A stretch of 64,000 nucleotides of DNA from Bacillota bacterium (GTDB lineage: Bacteria > Bacillota > Clostridia > Tissierellales > Peptoniphilaceae). Shown in pieces: positions 46,425 to 57,090 of the stretch. The stretch lies in the NCBI GenBank assembly GCA_030532225.1, contig JAUNLQ010000003.1:77715-141714 (forward strand), written 5' to 3'. The position numbers and the translations under genes were made by a program. Within the stretch, counting starts at the first letter, position 1, and every line of letters begins with the position of its first letter. The notes beneath the pieces are model-generated. The model saw only the letters and a list, made by a program, of their open reading frames with translations. It was not told the origin of the DNA and ran no database searches.

Positions 46425-48321
46425 TTTTTCTCCTTTGTTGTTCTAAATATATAAGCAGGACATTTATATCTGCAGGGGATACTCCTGTTATTCTAGATGC
46501 CTGGCCTATAGATTCTGGCCTAAAGTCTTTTAGCTTTTGTCTAGCTTCGTTAGACAGGCCCTTAACATCATCAAAGTCTACCTGGTCAATTTTCTTGTTT
46601 TCCAGTTTTTTAAATTGATTGATCTGTATAGTTTGTTTCTTTATATAGCCTTCGTACTTGATTTCTGTTTCAATTTCCTGGCTAATGGATCTTGGTAGGT
46701 CAGGGCGGTCTGGGTCTATGTCCTTAGTAGATTCATAGGACAGCTCTGGTCTTCTTATTAGTTCTGCTAATGAAATGCCAGTTTTTAGGTCAGTTGAGCC
46801 ATGGTTTTTTAGAAATTCTTGGATTTGGCTTGTTGGTGTAATCTTAATTTTTTGTAGCCTTTCCAGTTCTTGTTCCAAAAGCCTTTTCTTGGTCAAGTAT
46901 TTTTCATATCTTTGGTCAGATACAAGGCCAATGTCTCTGCCTATTTGGGTTAGGCGCATATCTGCATTATCTTGGCGCAAGCTTAGCCTGTATTCTGCAC
47001 GAGAGGTCATCATCCTATAAGGTTCGTCAGTGCCCTTAGTTACTAAGTCGTCTATAAGCACACCAATATATGCTTGGGACCTGTCTAAGATTAGTGGCTC
47101 CTTGCCATCAATTTTTAAGGCTGCATTAATGCCTGCTATAAGGCCTTGGGCAGCAGCTTCTTCATAGCCTGAAGACCCATTGATTTGGCCAGCAAAGTAA
47201 AGGCCTTCTATATCCTTGTCTTCAAGGCTTAGCTTTAAGTTTCTAGCATCAATAGCATCATATTCTATGGCATAGGCTGTTCTCATAATCTTACAGTTTT
47301 CTAGGCCAATAATTTCCTTATAAAATTCATTTTGCACTTCTTCTGCTAGGGAAGAGGAGGCTCCTTGTATATACATTTCCTTAGTATTTAAGCCTTCTGG
47401 CTCAATAAAGATTTGGTGCTTGTTCCTTTCAGGGAAGCGATTAATCTTATCCTCTAGGGAAGGGCAGTACCTTGGGCCTACACCTTCAATGTCTCCTATA
47501 TACATGGCGGCTCTGTGAATATTTTCACTAATAATTTCATGGCAGCGTTCTGTAGTATAGGTTAGATAACAAGGCACCTGGTCTATATGAAATTTCTTGT
47601 CAAAGTTCATAAAAGAGAAGGGGATAATGTCCTGGTCTCCTTCTTGGATCTCCATTTTTGAGTAGTCTATTGAATCTTTGTGGACCCTGGCAGGAGTTCC
47701 TGTTTTCATCCTCCTAAGCTTAAACTGCTGGCCCATAGATTCAGACAGGGCTGTAGCCGCCTTAAGTCCATCTGGTCCTGACTGATAATTAAGCTCACCA
47801 ATAAAGACCCTGCCACCTAAATAGGTTCCAGTAGCCACTATAACTGCCTTTGCCTTATAAATTCCACCATTTAAGGTCCTAACACCTTGGACTTTTCCAT
47901 CTTCAATAAGAAGGTCAACTACTTCAGCTGCCTTTAGCTCTAGGTTTTCTGTATCTTCTAGAACCTTTTTTATTTCTTCATGGTAGGCTCTTTTGTCTGC
48001 TTGGGCCCTAAGAGAATGGACAGCAGGTCCCTTAGAAGTGTTTAGCATCCTAGACTGGATAAAGGTCTTGTCAATGTTTATGCCCATTTCTCCACCTAAG
48101 GCGTCAATTTCTCTAACTAGGTGGCCCTTGCCAGTTCCTCCAATATTAGGATTACAAGCAAGTAAGGCAATTCCGTCTAAATTTATAGTCAAAAGGGCAG
48201 TCTTTTTTCCCAATCTAGCAGCTGCCAAACCAGCTTCAACACCAGCATGGCCAGCTCCTACAACTACCACATCGTAGCTTCCATATAAATAATCTTTAAT
48301 TTTTGTCATAGATTTTATCAC
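46417..48321 (-). CDS. mnmG: tRNA uridine-5-carboxymethylaminomethyl modification enzyme
   Basis: [45 protein letters not shown]. Confidence 0.97.
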   Translation of the reverse strand: MIKSMTKIKDYLYGSYDVVVVGAGHAGVEAGLAAARLGKKTALLTINLDGIALLACNPNIGGTGKGHLVREIDALGGEMGINIDKTFIQSRMLNTSKGPAVHSLRAQADKRAYHEEIKKVLEDTENLELKAAEVVDLLIEDGKVQGVRTLNGGIYKAKAVIVATGTYLGGRVFIGELNYQSGPDGLKAATALSESMGQQFKLRRMKTGTPARVHKDSIDYSKMEIQEGDQDIIPFSFMNFDKKFHIDQVPCYLTYTTERCHEIISENIHRAAMYIGDIEGVGPRYCPSLEDKINRFPERNKHQIFIEPEGLNTKEMYIQGASSSLAEEVQNEFYKEIIGLENCKIMRTAYAIEYDAIDARNLKLSLEDKDIEGLYFAGQINGSSGYEEAAAQGLIAGINAALKIDGKEPLILDRSQAYIGVLIDDLVTKGTDEPYRMMTSRAEYRLSLRQDNADMRLTQIGRDIGLVSDQRYEKYLTKKRLLEQELERLQKIKITPTSQIQEFLKNHGSTDLKTGISLAELIRRPELSYESTKDIDPDRPDLPRSISQEIETEIKYEGYIKKQTIQINQFKKLENKKIDQVDFDDVKGLSNEARQKLKDFRPESIGQASRITGVSPADINVLLIYLEQQRRKNV

Positions 48322-49668
48322 CTATTTTCCAATACAAAATTCTGCAAAAATTTTGTCTAAAATATCTTCACTTGTAGTTGAGCCAGTGATTTTTCCCAGC
48401 TCTTCCATACATAGATTTAAGTCTACTTCCACCAGGTCCAAAAATACCCCTTGGTCCAAGTCAGCTATTGCAGATTCTAAATAACCATAGGCCTTATTAA
48501 GATGGTCAAGATGCCTAATATTAGACACATAGGACTCAGAAGAAGAGTAGATTTTTTCATCAAAGAATAGGTCCTTAATTAAATCTTGTAGCTCTTCTAG
48601 ACCCTTATTTTCCTTTATAGAAGTTTCCAAAACCCTATGGCCCTTAAGATCTTCCATAGAAATTTTAGATCCTAAATCAATTTTGTTTATAATTATGATC
48701 TTTTCCTTGTCCTTGGCAGAATTAATAATGTCCCAGTCCTCTTCATTAAGGCCACTTGATCCATCAACTAAGATTAAGACTAAATCAGCCTCAGCAATTT
48801 GGTCCCTGGCCTTGGTCACTCCAATTTGTTCTACTTGGTCTTCAGTTTCCCTAATACCTGCAGTATCAATTAGAGAAAGGGCTATTCCATCTAAGTCTAG
48901 GCTTTCCTCTATAGTATCTCTAGTTGTGCCTGGTATATCAGTTACAATGGCCCTGTTTTCCTTAAGAAGGGCATTTAAAAGGGAAGACTTGCCAACATTA
49001 GGCCTGCCTATAATTAGGGTTTTTATACCCTCTCTTAAAACCTTGCCTCTTTTTCCTGACTTGATCAAGGATCCAATCCTAGCTAAAAGGGGCTGAAGCT
49101 TTTCTATTTTTTCACTGTCTGTTAAGGTGTCATTTTCATCTTCTGGAAAGTCAATTTCTGTAATAGTAGAAGCCATAACAGCCATTAAATCCCTGTGAAT
49201 AGCCTTAACCTCAGCTGACAAAGACCCTTCAAGCTGTTTCAAGGAGTTGTCATAGGCCATTTGGGTATTAGAATCAATAAGGTCTAAGACAGCCTCAGCT
49301 TGGGCCAGGTCCAGTCTGCCATTTAAAAAGGCTCTTTTAGTAAACTCTCCTGGTTCAGCTAGGGAGGCTCCATTTTTCAGTAGGGTATTTAGAACTTCTC
49401 TAACAGCAACAAGGCCACCATGACAGTAGATTTCCACCACATCTTCACAGGTATAGGTCTTTGGTCCCTGCATAAAGACAGCTAGGACCTCATCTACAAG
49501 CCTGTCTCCATCTATAATATGACCATAGGTCAATTTTCTATTTTCAATATTTTCAGCATTTGAAAAAACATTTTTTAAAATTTCTAGGGAATCTTCTCCA
49601 GACATACGGACGATTCCCAAGCCAGCCCTACCAACCATGGTAGAAATGGCACAGATAGTATTTGCCAT
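48322..49668 (-). CDS. mnmE: tRNA modification GTPase
   Basis: GRPNVGKSS, GTTRD, DTAG, NKID, FCIGK. Confidence 0.97.
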   Translation of the reverse strand: MANTICAISTMVGRAGLGIVRMSGEDSLEILKNVFSNAENIENRKLTYGHIIDGDRLVDEVLAVFMQGPKTYTCEDVVEIYCHGGLVAVREVLNTLLKNGASLAEPGEFTKRAFLNGRLDLAQAEAVLDLIDSNTQMAYDNSLKQLEGSLSAEVKAIHRDLMAVMASTITEIDFPEDENDTLTDSEKIEKLQPLLARIGSLIKSGKRGKVLREGIKTLIIGRPNVGKSSLLNALLKENRAIVTDIPGTTRDTIEESLDLDGIALSLIDTAGIRETEDQVEQIGVTKARDQIAEADLVLILVDGSSGLNEEDWDIINSAKDKEKIIIINKIDLGSKISMEDLKGHRVLETSIKENKGLEELQDLIKDLFFDEKIYSSSESYVSNIRHLDHLNKAYGYLESAIADLDQGVFLDLVEVDLNLCMEELGKITGSTTSEDILDKIFAEFCIGK

Positions 49669-49821
49669 AAAATTCCTCTTTTCTACTTGGTCTTATCTAT
49701 CTCTATCCTTTCTATTATAAAATAAAAACTTATAAACATAAAGCCATGATTTCTAGTATAATATAATAGGCTATAAATTATACCCTAAGATTGGAAAATA
49801 TAAAAACTTAAAGGACAAAAA

Positions 49822-50259
49822 ATGAACTTAAAAAAACTAGACCAAGAAAATTTAGATCTTGTAATTGAAAAATACATAGAATACTACAATGAAGTAGAAG
49901 CTGGCAAGTGGACCTACGATTTGGTCCATAAGAGAATCAATCAAATAATAACAATGGCAGACTCCCTTGCCTATGTTTTCTACAAGGACAAACTTGCACT
50001 AGGCTTTGTTATAGGCTATTATATGGTTTACGATGACTTAAAAGGTCTTTTCATAGAAGACATTTTGATCTTTAAGGACTACCAGAATAAAGGCTATGGA
50101 AAAATATTTATGGAAAAAATCTTTGATCTAGCCAAAGACCAAGGAGCCTCTATGGTAGAACTAATAAGTGAAAAAGACCAAGGCCATATAAAGTTTTATA
50201 AAGATTTGGATTTTTATCCAGTTGACAGCCTAGTAATAATGGCAAAAGACCTAGACTAA
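49822..50259 (+). CDS. GNAT family acetyltransferase
   Basis: YQNKGYGK, FYKDLDF. Confidence 0.85.
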   Translation: MNLKKLDQENLDLVIEKYIEYYNEVEAGKWTYDLVHKRINQIITMADSLAYVFYKDKLALGFVIGYYMVYDDLKGLFIEDILIFKDYQNKGYGKIFMEKIFDLAKDQGASMVELISEKDQGHIKFYKDLDFYPVDSLVIMAKDLD

Positions 50260-50272
50260 AATGGAGGAATAA

Positions 50273-50671
50273 GTGGACTTAGTACAAATTGGAATAATTC
50301 GCTCACCCTATGATAGGGAAGGGCTTAACAAGGCACCTAGACAGGGCCAAAAAACTGTCTTGTCAGAAATTGAAATATTTAAAGCCTATGAAGCTGGTCT
50401 CCAAGGCCTAGAAATTGGCCAGGAAGTCCTAGTAATATATTGGGCAGACCAGGCAGATAGAACAATTCTCAAGGCCAGATCCAGGGCCACTGGACCTATA
50501 AAAGGAGTCTTTTCCCTAAGATCTCCATCAAGACCAAATCCTATCTTAATAACAAGTTGTACACTGGTAGACATAAAAGCAAATACACTTACAGTAGCTG
50601 GCCTAGAAGCCCTAGACCAATCAGCCCTAATAGATATAAAAACCACAATAAAATCTCCTAAGGACAAGTAA
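50273..50671 (+). CDS. TsaA/TrmO-like SAM-binding protein
   Basis: IGIIRSPY..APRQG, GVFSLRSPSRPNPI, GLEALD..IDIK. Confidence 0.88.
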   Translation: MDLVQIGIIRSPYDREGLNKAPRQGQKTVLSEIEIFKAYEAGLQGLEIGQEVLVIYWADQADRTILKARSRATGPIKGVFSLRSPSRPNPILITSCTLVDIKANTLTVAGLEALDQSALIDIKTTIKSPKDK

Positions 50672-50693
50672 GCCTAGGAGATTTTTATTTGCC

Positions 50694-52079
50694 TTAAAAA
50701 ATTCTAAATTGACTAGCCAAATGGAAAATATTTGACCTTAGATCCAAGGACCTAAAGGAAATATAAAGACCAAAGACCAGTGAAATAAGTTCTGACACAA
50801 TAGTAGCCAGCCAAATATAATCTGGACCAAAAACCCTAGTCAAAAGGAAAAGTGCCAGACTAATAGAAATATAACCTCTTAACAAGGAAATAACAAGGCC
50901 AGCATTAGGGTGCTTAGAAGCAGTTAAATAGCCTGATATAACAATAGACAAACCACTAATAATAAAAGCAAAAGAAAAAATCTTAAGCTTGCTAACAGAA
51001 TAATAGAAAAGCTGTCCATTAGCCTGGTCTATAAAAATACCAACAATGTTTTTAGAAAAAACAGAACAAATAACAAAGAAAAATACCCCGAAACTAAGGG
51101 CAGTTCTTAGCATTAAATTGGCCAGCTCCCTTAAAGAGCTAGAATTTTCCCTGCCCCTATAAAAACTAACTAAAGGCTGGGCACCTTGGTTAATGGCAAT
51201 CATAGTATTGACCACTAAATTGTTCACATACATAATAATAGAATAAGTAGTAATATAGGAAGAACCTAGGTTTTTCATAATAGTAAAATTATAAATAAAA
51301 GTAGTAAAGCCAATAGAAAGCTCAGTTAAAGCCTCAGGCACTCCCATTTTTATAACCTTAAAAATCTTTGGCAAATTAAAAGAAAGGGAAGAAAACTTCA
51401 GATTACTCTTAGGAGAAATAAAATGGAAAAGATAAACTCCACTACCTAAAACCTGAACAATAACAGTAGCAAGAGCTGCTCCCCTAATACCAAAATCAAA
51501 GACAATAACAAAAATATAGTCTAAAATAATATTAAGAAGGGAACAAACAATACCAAGCCAAACAGACAACTTAGGAAAGCCATCAGCCTTTACTAAGATT
51601 TCTAAATTATAAGACAGCATAAAAAATACTGAAAAAGGACTAATTAAGCCTAAATAATCAGAAACATAAGAAAAAGTAGCCTGGTCTCCACCTAAAAAAC
51701 CAATAAGCCTATCTAAATTAAAAAAAGCCAAAAGACCTAAAACAAGGCCTAAAACACTTATAAGCAAAATAGACTGGGTAAAATACTTATTAGCCAGGTC
51801 CTTTTCCCCCTTGCCTCTATGAAAAGCAATAAGATTAGAAGAACCTACAGAAATCAAAATTGTTAGGGCAAAGAGAAAGCTAATAAAGGGCATGGAAATA
51901 TTCACACCTGCCAAGGCATTAGCCCCAACACCCTTGCCAACAAAAGCACCATCTACCATATTATATAAAGAAAAAAACCACATAGCTCCAATAGAAGGAA
52001 ACACAAACTTGTTAAACTGTTTTTTGGTCCTGGCTAATAATTCTCTTCTCTTTTTAACCTTCGTAAAACTTTGGTCCAA
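50694..52079 (-). CDS. MATE family efflux transporter
   Basis: YNMVDGAFVG, NIILDYIFV, GIRGAALAT, QGAQPLVSF. Confidence 0.92.
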   Translation of the reverse strand: MDQSFTKVKKRRELLARTKKQFNKFVFPSIGAMWFFSLYNMVDGAFVGKGVGANALAGVNISMPFISFLFALTILISVGSSNLIAFHRGKGEKDLANKYFTQSILLISVLGLVLGLLAFFNLDRLIGFLGGDQATFSYVSDYLGLISPFSVFFMLSYNLEILVKADGFPKLSVWLGIVCSLLNIILDYIFVIVFDFGIRGAALATVIVQVLGSGVYLFHFISPKSNLKFSSLSFNLPKIFKVIKMGVPEALTELSIGFTTFIYNFTIMKNLGSSYITTYSIIMYVNNLVVNTMIAINQGAQPLVSFYRGRENSSSLRELANLMLRTALSFGVFFFVICSVFSKNIVGIFIDQANGQLFYYSVSKLKIFSFAFIISGLSIVISGYLTASKHPNAGLVISLLRGYISISLALFLLTRVFGPDYIWLATIVSELISLVFGLYISFRSLDLRSNIFHLASQFRIF

Positions 52080-52122
52080 TATATCTACAACCTTTTTTTT
52101 TAAACTTTTTAATATATATTTC

Positions 52123-52151
52123 TATTGTAAGTCCCTTTAAAACACTTGTCA
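52123..52151 (-). promoter_or_regulatory. Sigma-A promoter of the MATE gene
   Basis: TTGACA-N17-TACAAT. Confidence 0.7.
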
Positions 52152-52296
52152 ACTCTAGTAAACCTTTTCATTTAGCTTTAAAAAATTTAAAATATTCTTA
52201 ATATATTCTTAACTAAATCTTAAGGAGGAAAAAATTGTTATAAAGTTTTTCTTTGGGTATTAATGATACAAACACAAAAGAAAGGTTGGATGAAGA

Positions 52297-52584
52297 ATGA
52301 ATATAAAAATTGACCATAAATTACTAGCCCACTTAAAAGAAAAAAACGCAGAAAATATTACAATCTCTTACAAAGGAATACCATCTTGCAAGGGACTGGA
52401 ATTTGATCCCCTAGTAAGACCAAGTCTTCCAAAAGAAGAAAAAATAAATGACTACAGCCTTTATGAAGCTGAAGGCATAAATATTTATCTAGACAAGTAT
52501 ATAGAAGTATTGAAACCAGAAGAACTTTATATATACTTTTCAAAAGTAGGCATGACAGAAAATTACTTTGCACAATTAAGCTAA
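52297..52584 (+). CDS. Small HesB-like / CC-Se-motif-like protein
   Basis: Single SC motif, P.V....P, Y..YEAEGINIYLD pattern. Confidence 0.55.
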   Translation: MNIKIDHKLLAHLKEKNAENITISYKGIPSCKGLEFDPLVRPSLPKEEKINDYSLYEAEGINIYLDKYIEVLKPEELYIYFSKVGMTENYFAQLS

Positions 52585-52666
52585 AAGGCCAGGGGATAGT
52601 CCCTGGTTTTTTATTGAAAATTCAAAATAAAAAAAAAGAGAGACTTAAGCCTCTCTAATTTTGTGA

Positions 52667-53638
52667 TTAATAGGTTGTTTTTTTAGATATTACCACTCTT
52701 CTATAAGGATCTCTGCCTTCTGAGTGGGTTGTAATTCCTTGGTAATTTTGTAAAACCATATGAACGATTCTTCTATCTGCTGGATTCATTGGTTCTAATT
52801 TTACTGGGCGGCCGTATTTTATCACTCTGTCTAAGCCCTTTTTGGCTATTTTTTCAAGATTCTTATTTCTCTTGTCCCTATAACCATTGGCATCAACTTT
52901 TACCCTAATAAAATTCTCTCTGTGTTTATTTATAACTTGGCTTAGAAGATATTGTAGGGAATCTAGGGTTGAACCATGTTTTCCAATTACTATACCTAAA
53001 GATGCTGGGTTGGAACTTTTTATTTCCACATCTAAATTATCACCATCAAAATCTAAAACTAAGTTATAAGAAATATTAAATTCATCGATTATTGTTTGTA
53101 AAAATTCTTCAGACTTATTTTTTATTTCTATGTCTGTCCAAATGTCATCAATGTTTTTCTTGTATGAAAAAGATTTTTCTTCTTGGTCATCATCTTGGTC
53201 ATCTTCATCTTCAAAGTCTGATCCATAAGAAACTTCTTCTTTTTCAACTAGGTCTTCTCCTTGTAAAGTCTCGATTATTTCGACTTCCTCTTTTTCTACT
53301 GGCTCTATTTTTTCTTCTTCAACAAGGTCAGCCTGGCCAGTAGCTTCAACTACAGCTTCTTCTTTTGGCTGGTCCTTTTCTTCTTTAATTTTTTCTTCTA
53401 GAACTTCTGCTTTTTCTTCTGGTTTTTTGCCATCGTAGAGAATGTCTCTAACAAAGGAAGATATGTCTTCTTTTTGTTTGATTTTAACCATAGCGTCTTT
53501 TTGGCCAATACCTAAAAAACCTGCTTTTGCTTCTTCTAGAACTTCGATTTCAACTTCCATTCTAGTCAAACCTAGCTCTAATAAACCCTTTTCTATGGCT
53601 TCATCTACTGTTTTAGCCGTCTTAATTATAAAACTCAC
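52667..53638 (-). CDS. jag: RNA-binding protein Jag/KhpB/EloR
   Basis: Jag_N (GFLGIG), KH (IGKHGSTLDSLQYL), R3H (RRIVH..SEGRDPYR). Confidence 0.94.
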   Translation of the reverse strand: MSFIIKTAKTVDEAIEKGLLELGLTRMEVEIEVLEEAKAGFLGIGQKDAMVKIKQKEDISSFVRDILYDGKKPEEKAEVLEEKIKEEKDQPKEEAVVEATGQADLVEEEKIEPVEKEEVEIIETLQGEDLVEKEEVSYGSDFEDEDDQDDDQEEKSFSYKKNIDDIWTDIEIKNKSEEFLQTIIDEFNISYNLVLDFDGDNLDVEIKSSNPASLGIVIGKHGSTLDSLQYLLSQVINKHRENFIRVKVDANGYRDKRNKNLEKIAKKGLDRVIKYGRPVKLEPMNPADRRIVHMVLQNYQGITTHSEGRDPYRRVVISKKTTY

Positions 53639-54372
53639 TTGCTTTCACCTTCTACTTTTTTTAAGAAAATCTTATTTATGATAAGCTGTTGGATAGTTTG
53701 TAAGCCTTGGTTGATTATCATATATAGGGGAATTACTGCAGGAAGGTTTCTATAAACAAATACAAACATTAAAGGCATCATTAGTGTCATCATATCATTA
53801 GACTGTTTCATTGCCTTGTCTTTTTCTTTGTCACCTGTTGATGGTCTTGGTTGGCTGGCCATAATTAGTTTTTGGCTGGCAAAGGAAACAAGTCCTGATA
53901 AGATTGGAATTATCATAGTCTTATCCTTGTCTGCAATATTAGCCATCCAGAAAAAGGCCTTGTTTATAGAATCATAGTATCCTGGCTCTGTAAAAACATA
54001 AAGATTTGGATCCCTTACTACTGCAAACATAGCAAAAAGTATAGGCATTTGAATAAGTAATGGCAGACAGCCTCCCATTTGGCTTACTCCTGCTTCCTTA
54101 TATAGCTCTTGCTGCTTTCTGGCTATAGTTTGCATGTCGTTTCCGTATTTTTCTTGAAGTTCTTTTACCTTTGTTTGCAAGGCTCTGCTTTTTGCCATAG
54201 ACTCTTGTTGTTTTAGAGACAAAGGCAGGGTAATTAATTTTATAATTACTGACATTAAAATTATGGCATAGGCATAATTAGAGACAGGCCCTGAGTCAGC
54301 TGGGTTAATATTACTTATAAATTCATAAGAAACTTTAAGAATCCAGCCTACAAATTGGTATAAATATCTCAT
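53635..54372 (-). CDS. yidC: Membrane protein insertase
   Basis: GGCLPLLIQMPILFA; conserved position. Confidence 0.93.
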   Translation of the reverse strand: MRYLYQFVGWILKVSYEFISNINPADSGPVSNYAYAIILMSVIIKLITLPLSLKQQESMAKSRALQTKVKELQEKYGNDMQTIARKQQELYKEAGVSQMGGCLPLLIQMPILFAMFAVVRDPNLYVFTEPGYYDSINKAFFWMANIADKDKTMIIPILSGLVSFASQKLIMASQPRPSTGDKEKDKAMKQSNDMMTLMMPLMFVFVYRNLPAVIPLYMIINQGLQTIQQLIINKIFLKKVEGESK

Positions 54373-54380
54373 TTGTCCTC

Positions 54381-54596
54381 CTATTCTAGTGGATCGTAAC
54401 CACCTTCATGATAAGGGTGGCACTTTAATACTCTTTTTATTGTCAAGAATGTGCCCTTAAAAAAGCCGTATTTTTTGTAGGCCTCTAAGGAATATTGAGA
54501 GCAGGTTGGAGTAAACCTACAATGAGCTCCTGGCAATAAATATTTTGAGATAAATCTTTGATAAAATCTTATAAGGTAGACCATTAGGTATTTCAT
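54381..54596 (-). CDS. yidD: Membrane protein insertion efficiency factor
   Basis: [20 protein letters not shown]. Confidence 0.95.
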   Translation of the reverse strand: MKYLMVYLIRFYQRFISKYLLPGAHCRFTPTCSQYSLEAYKKYGFFKGTFLTIKRVLKCHPYHEGGYDPLE

Positions 54597-54925
54597 TTAT
54601 TGTTCACCATCTTTGATATTTTTAGTATATGGAAAAAAGCAGACCTTAATTGTTGAAAAGAGATATCTGGAACATTTCGTTTTACTATAAATATTAGGTC
54701 ATAGCCCTCTTTTATAGAGTCCTCATATTCTCTAAATATCTCTCTAAGTCTTCTTTTTATTTTGTTTCTAACTACTGCAGTCCCTACTTTTTTAGACACA
54801 GTAAAACCTACCCTTGTATAGGCTAAATTGTTTTTTCTTACATACAAGACTAGGTTCCTATTACCATATGACTTACCCTTACTATAAGCTTTTTTAAAAT
54901 CAAAGTAACTTTTAACAGTAATCAT
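54593..54925 (-). CDS. rnpA: RNase P protein subunit
   Basis: [25 protein letters not shown]. Confidence 0.96.
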   Translation of the reverse strand: MITVKSYFDFKKAYSKGKSYGNRNLVLYVRKNNLAYTRVGFTVSKKVGTAVVRNKIKRRLREIFREYEDSIKEGYDLIFIVKRNVPDISFQQLRSAFFHILKISKMVNNK

Positions 54926-54926
54926 A

Positions 54927-55064
54927 TTATTGGACTGTTAGTCTTTTTCTTCCTTTTCTTCTACGAGATGCAATTACATTACGGCCAGATTTAGTTAACA
55001 TTCTCTTTCTAAATCCATGTAGTCTTGCTCTTCTTTTTCTTTTTGGTTGGTAAGTTCTTTTCAT
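54927..55064 (-). CDS. rpmH: 50S ribosomal protein L34
   Basis: Not in the ORF track. Manual translation [45 protein letters not shown]; AGGAGG RBS and TTGACA-N17-TATACT promoter upstream. Confidence 0.96.
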   Translation of the reverse strand: MKRTYQPKRKRRARLHGFRKRMLTKSGRNVIASRRRKGRKRLTVQ

Positions 55065-55661
55065 AAACTATGCACCTCCTCATATTTACTCTATTTAATC
55101 ACTTATATAGTATATTAATATTCCTATTTTTTGTCAATAAATAAAAAGATATTCACAGGATTTTAAGAATCTGTAAAATTTATTATTTTTTCCCTAAGCT
55201 TATTTTAAAATCCTTGTAAAGAAAATTGGTCACATACCTGTGGATAAGTATTGAAAAAAACATTTGTTTGTGGTAGAATAAGTATAGGTAAAAAATTCTT
55301 GAAATAGTTGATATAATCTTGCTTACAACTATTTTTTATAGGACTTTTTTTGAGGGTAAATCCCTCTTTAATTATTTTTATTATTAACAACTTATCCCTG
55401 GCATTTTTTTGAAAATTTTAAATTCTGTGGACTAAGGTCTTGTCAACAGTCTGTTGATAAGTATGTGGATATCTTCTATATTTTTTAAGAATTTATCTTA
55501 ATTTTTCCCAGTAATTAGCAAAAAAATTATTCACAGCTAGAAAAAATACTTGTTGTTAATAAAAAATCCACTACAAGATATCCACAATATCCACTGTGGA
55601 CAAAGTTGGCTTTTTTGTTAATAAACTTATCCACTGTTGTTAATGTTAATAAGGAGAAAAA
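55065..55661. other. oriC, upstream part (DnaA-box array between rpmH and dnaA)
   Basis: TGTGGATAA 55239, TGTTGATAA 55452, TGTGGATAT 55464, TTATTCACA 55527, ATATCCACA 55579, TGTGGACAA 55595, TTATCCACT 55627. Confidence 0.9.
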
Positions 55662-56975
55662 ATGACTAGAAATAACAATGAAACTTGGATGAGAATCCTA
55701 AATGAAATTGAAAGAAATATTGGTAGCAACTTCAATTATTGGTTTCATGGCATATCTCACAAAATCCTTGGTGAAGACTTTATAATAGAAGTACCAACAA
55801 ATTTTACCCAAAGCCAAATGGAAAAAAGGTACTATGCTATTGTAAAAAAGGCTATTTTTGATATTACATCTTATGACTACAACCTAATATTCCAAGTTGC
55901 TGAAGAACAAATTGAGGAGGAAGAAAAGGATGTAAACCTCTATAGATCTGAATCTAACATAAATCCTAGATATACCTTCGAAAACTTTGTAGTAGGTAAG
56001 TCTAACGAATTTCCCCATGCAGCAGCCCATTCAGTAGCCGAAAATCCAGGAGGCCTAAACAACCCTCTTTTTATTTATGGATCTTCAGGCCTAGGAAAGA
56101 CCCACCTAATGATGGCTATAGGAAATTATATGTTAGACAAAAACCCAGACATAAAGCCAATTTATGTGTCATCAGAACAGTTTACAAATGAGCTAGTAGA
56201 AGCTATTAGAAAGGACACTACTCCAGAATTTAGGGACAAATACAGAAATGTAGACCTGCTTTTAGTAGACGACATCCAATTTCTAATAGGCAAGGAGCGA
56301 ATCCAAGAGGAGTTTTTCCACACCTTTAACATGCTCCACCAAAACTACAAACAAATCGTAGTAACCTCAGACAAGCCTCCAAAGGATTTAAAGGGCCTAG
56401 AATCCCGTATAATTACCAGGTTAGGAGGAGGGCTAATTGCAGATATTCTAGAACCAGACATTGAAACTAGGATAGCAATTTTGAGAAACAAAAACGAACA
56501 AGAAGGTTTTCAGGTATCAGACGAAGTCCTAGACTACATAGCAGAAAATGTAGACTCTAACATTCGTGAACTAGAAGGTGCCCTACTTAGGGTAGTAGCT
56601 TTTTCCAATCTTTCTAGAAAAACTGTTGACCTACAAATGGCCCAAAATGTCCTAAAAGATATTTTAGACCAAAAGAAAAAAATAAAAATTGACTCAAAAA
56701 GAATAAAAGAAATTATATCTGCCCACTATGAAGTTAGTGTAGAAGATTTAGATTCTAAAAAAAGACCAAAAGATATAGCCTATGCCAGACAAGTAGCTAT
56801 GTACTTATGCAGAAAAATGACAGACATGTCTCTACCTAAGATAGGAGCTGATTTTGGAGGCAGGGACCACACTACAGTAATCCACGCCATAGACAAAATA
56901 TCCAACGAAATAAAATCAGACTCTGGAGTAAAAAGAACTATTCAGGACCTAAAAAGAAAAGTAAAAGGCGATTAG
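55662..56975 (+). CDS. dnaA: Chromosomal replication initiator
   Basis: YTFENFVVGKSN, GLGKTHL, DDIQF, NIRELEGAL, RQVAMYL, GGRDHTTVIHA. Confidence 0.98.
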   Translation: MTRNNNETWMRILNEIERNIGSNFNYWFHGISHKILGEDFIIEVPTNFTQSQMEKRYYAIVKKAIFDITSYDYNLIFQVAEEQIEEEEKDVNLYRSESNINPRYTFENFVVGKSNEFPHAAAHSVAENPGGLNNPLFIYGSSGLGKTHLMMAIGNYMLDKNPDIKPIYVSSEQFTNELVEAIRKDTTPEFRDKYRNVDLLLVDDIQFLIGKERIQEEFFHTFNMLHQNYKQIVVTSDKPPKDLKGLESRIITRLGGGLIADILEPDIETRIAILRNKNEQEGFQVSDEVLDYIAENVDSNIRELEGALLRVVAFSNLSRKTVDLQMAQNVLKDILDQKKKIKIDSKRIKEIISAHYEVSVEDLDSKKRPKDIAYARQVAMYLCRKMTDMSLPKIGADFGGRDHTTVIHAIDKISNEIKSDSGVKRTIQDLKRKVKGD

Positions 56976-57080
56976 TTATAAACAAGTTATAAAATGAGCT
57001 TTTTAAGACCAAATGTTAGCTTTAGGACCTTATCCACATATACACAGGTCCTACTACTACTAAAACATATAATATAACTA
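56976..57080 (+). other. oriC unwinding region: tandem DnaA boxes, GC spacer, DnaA-trios, AT-rich tract
   Basis: TTATCCACA (57030) overlapping ATATACACA (57038), then GGTCC-TACTACTACTA-AAACATATAATATAA; same layout as B. subtilis incC. Confidence 0.9.
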
Positions 57081-57090
57081 AGGAGAAATC

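Noticed and set aside
52297-52584. Selenoprotein
   Set aside because: No in-frame TGA; the motif residue is Cys (TGC).
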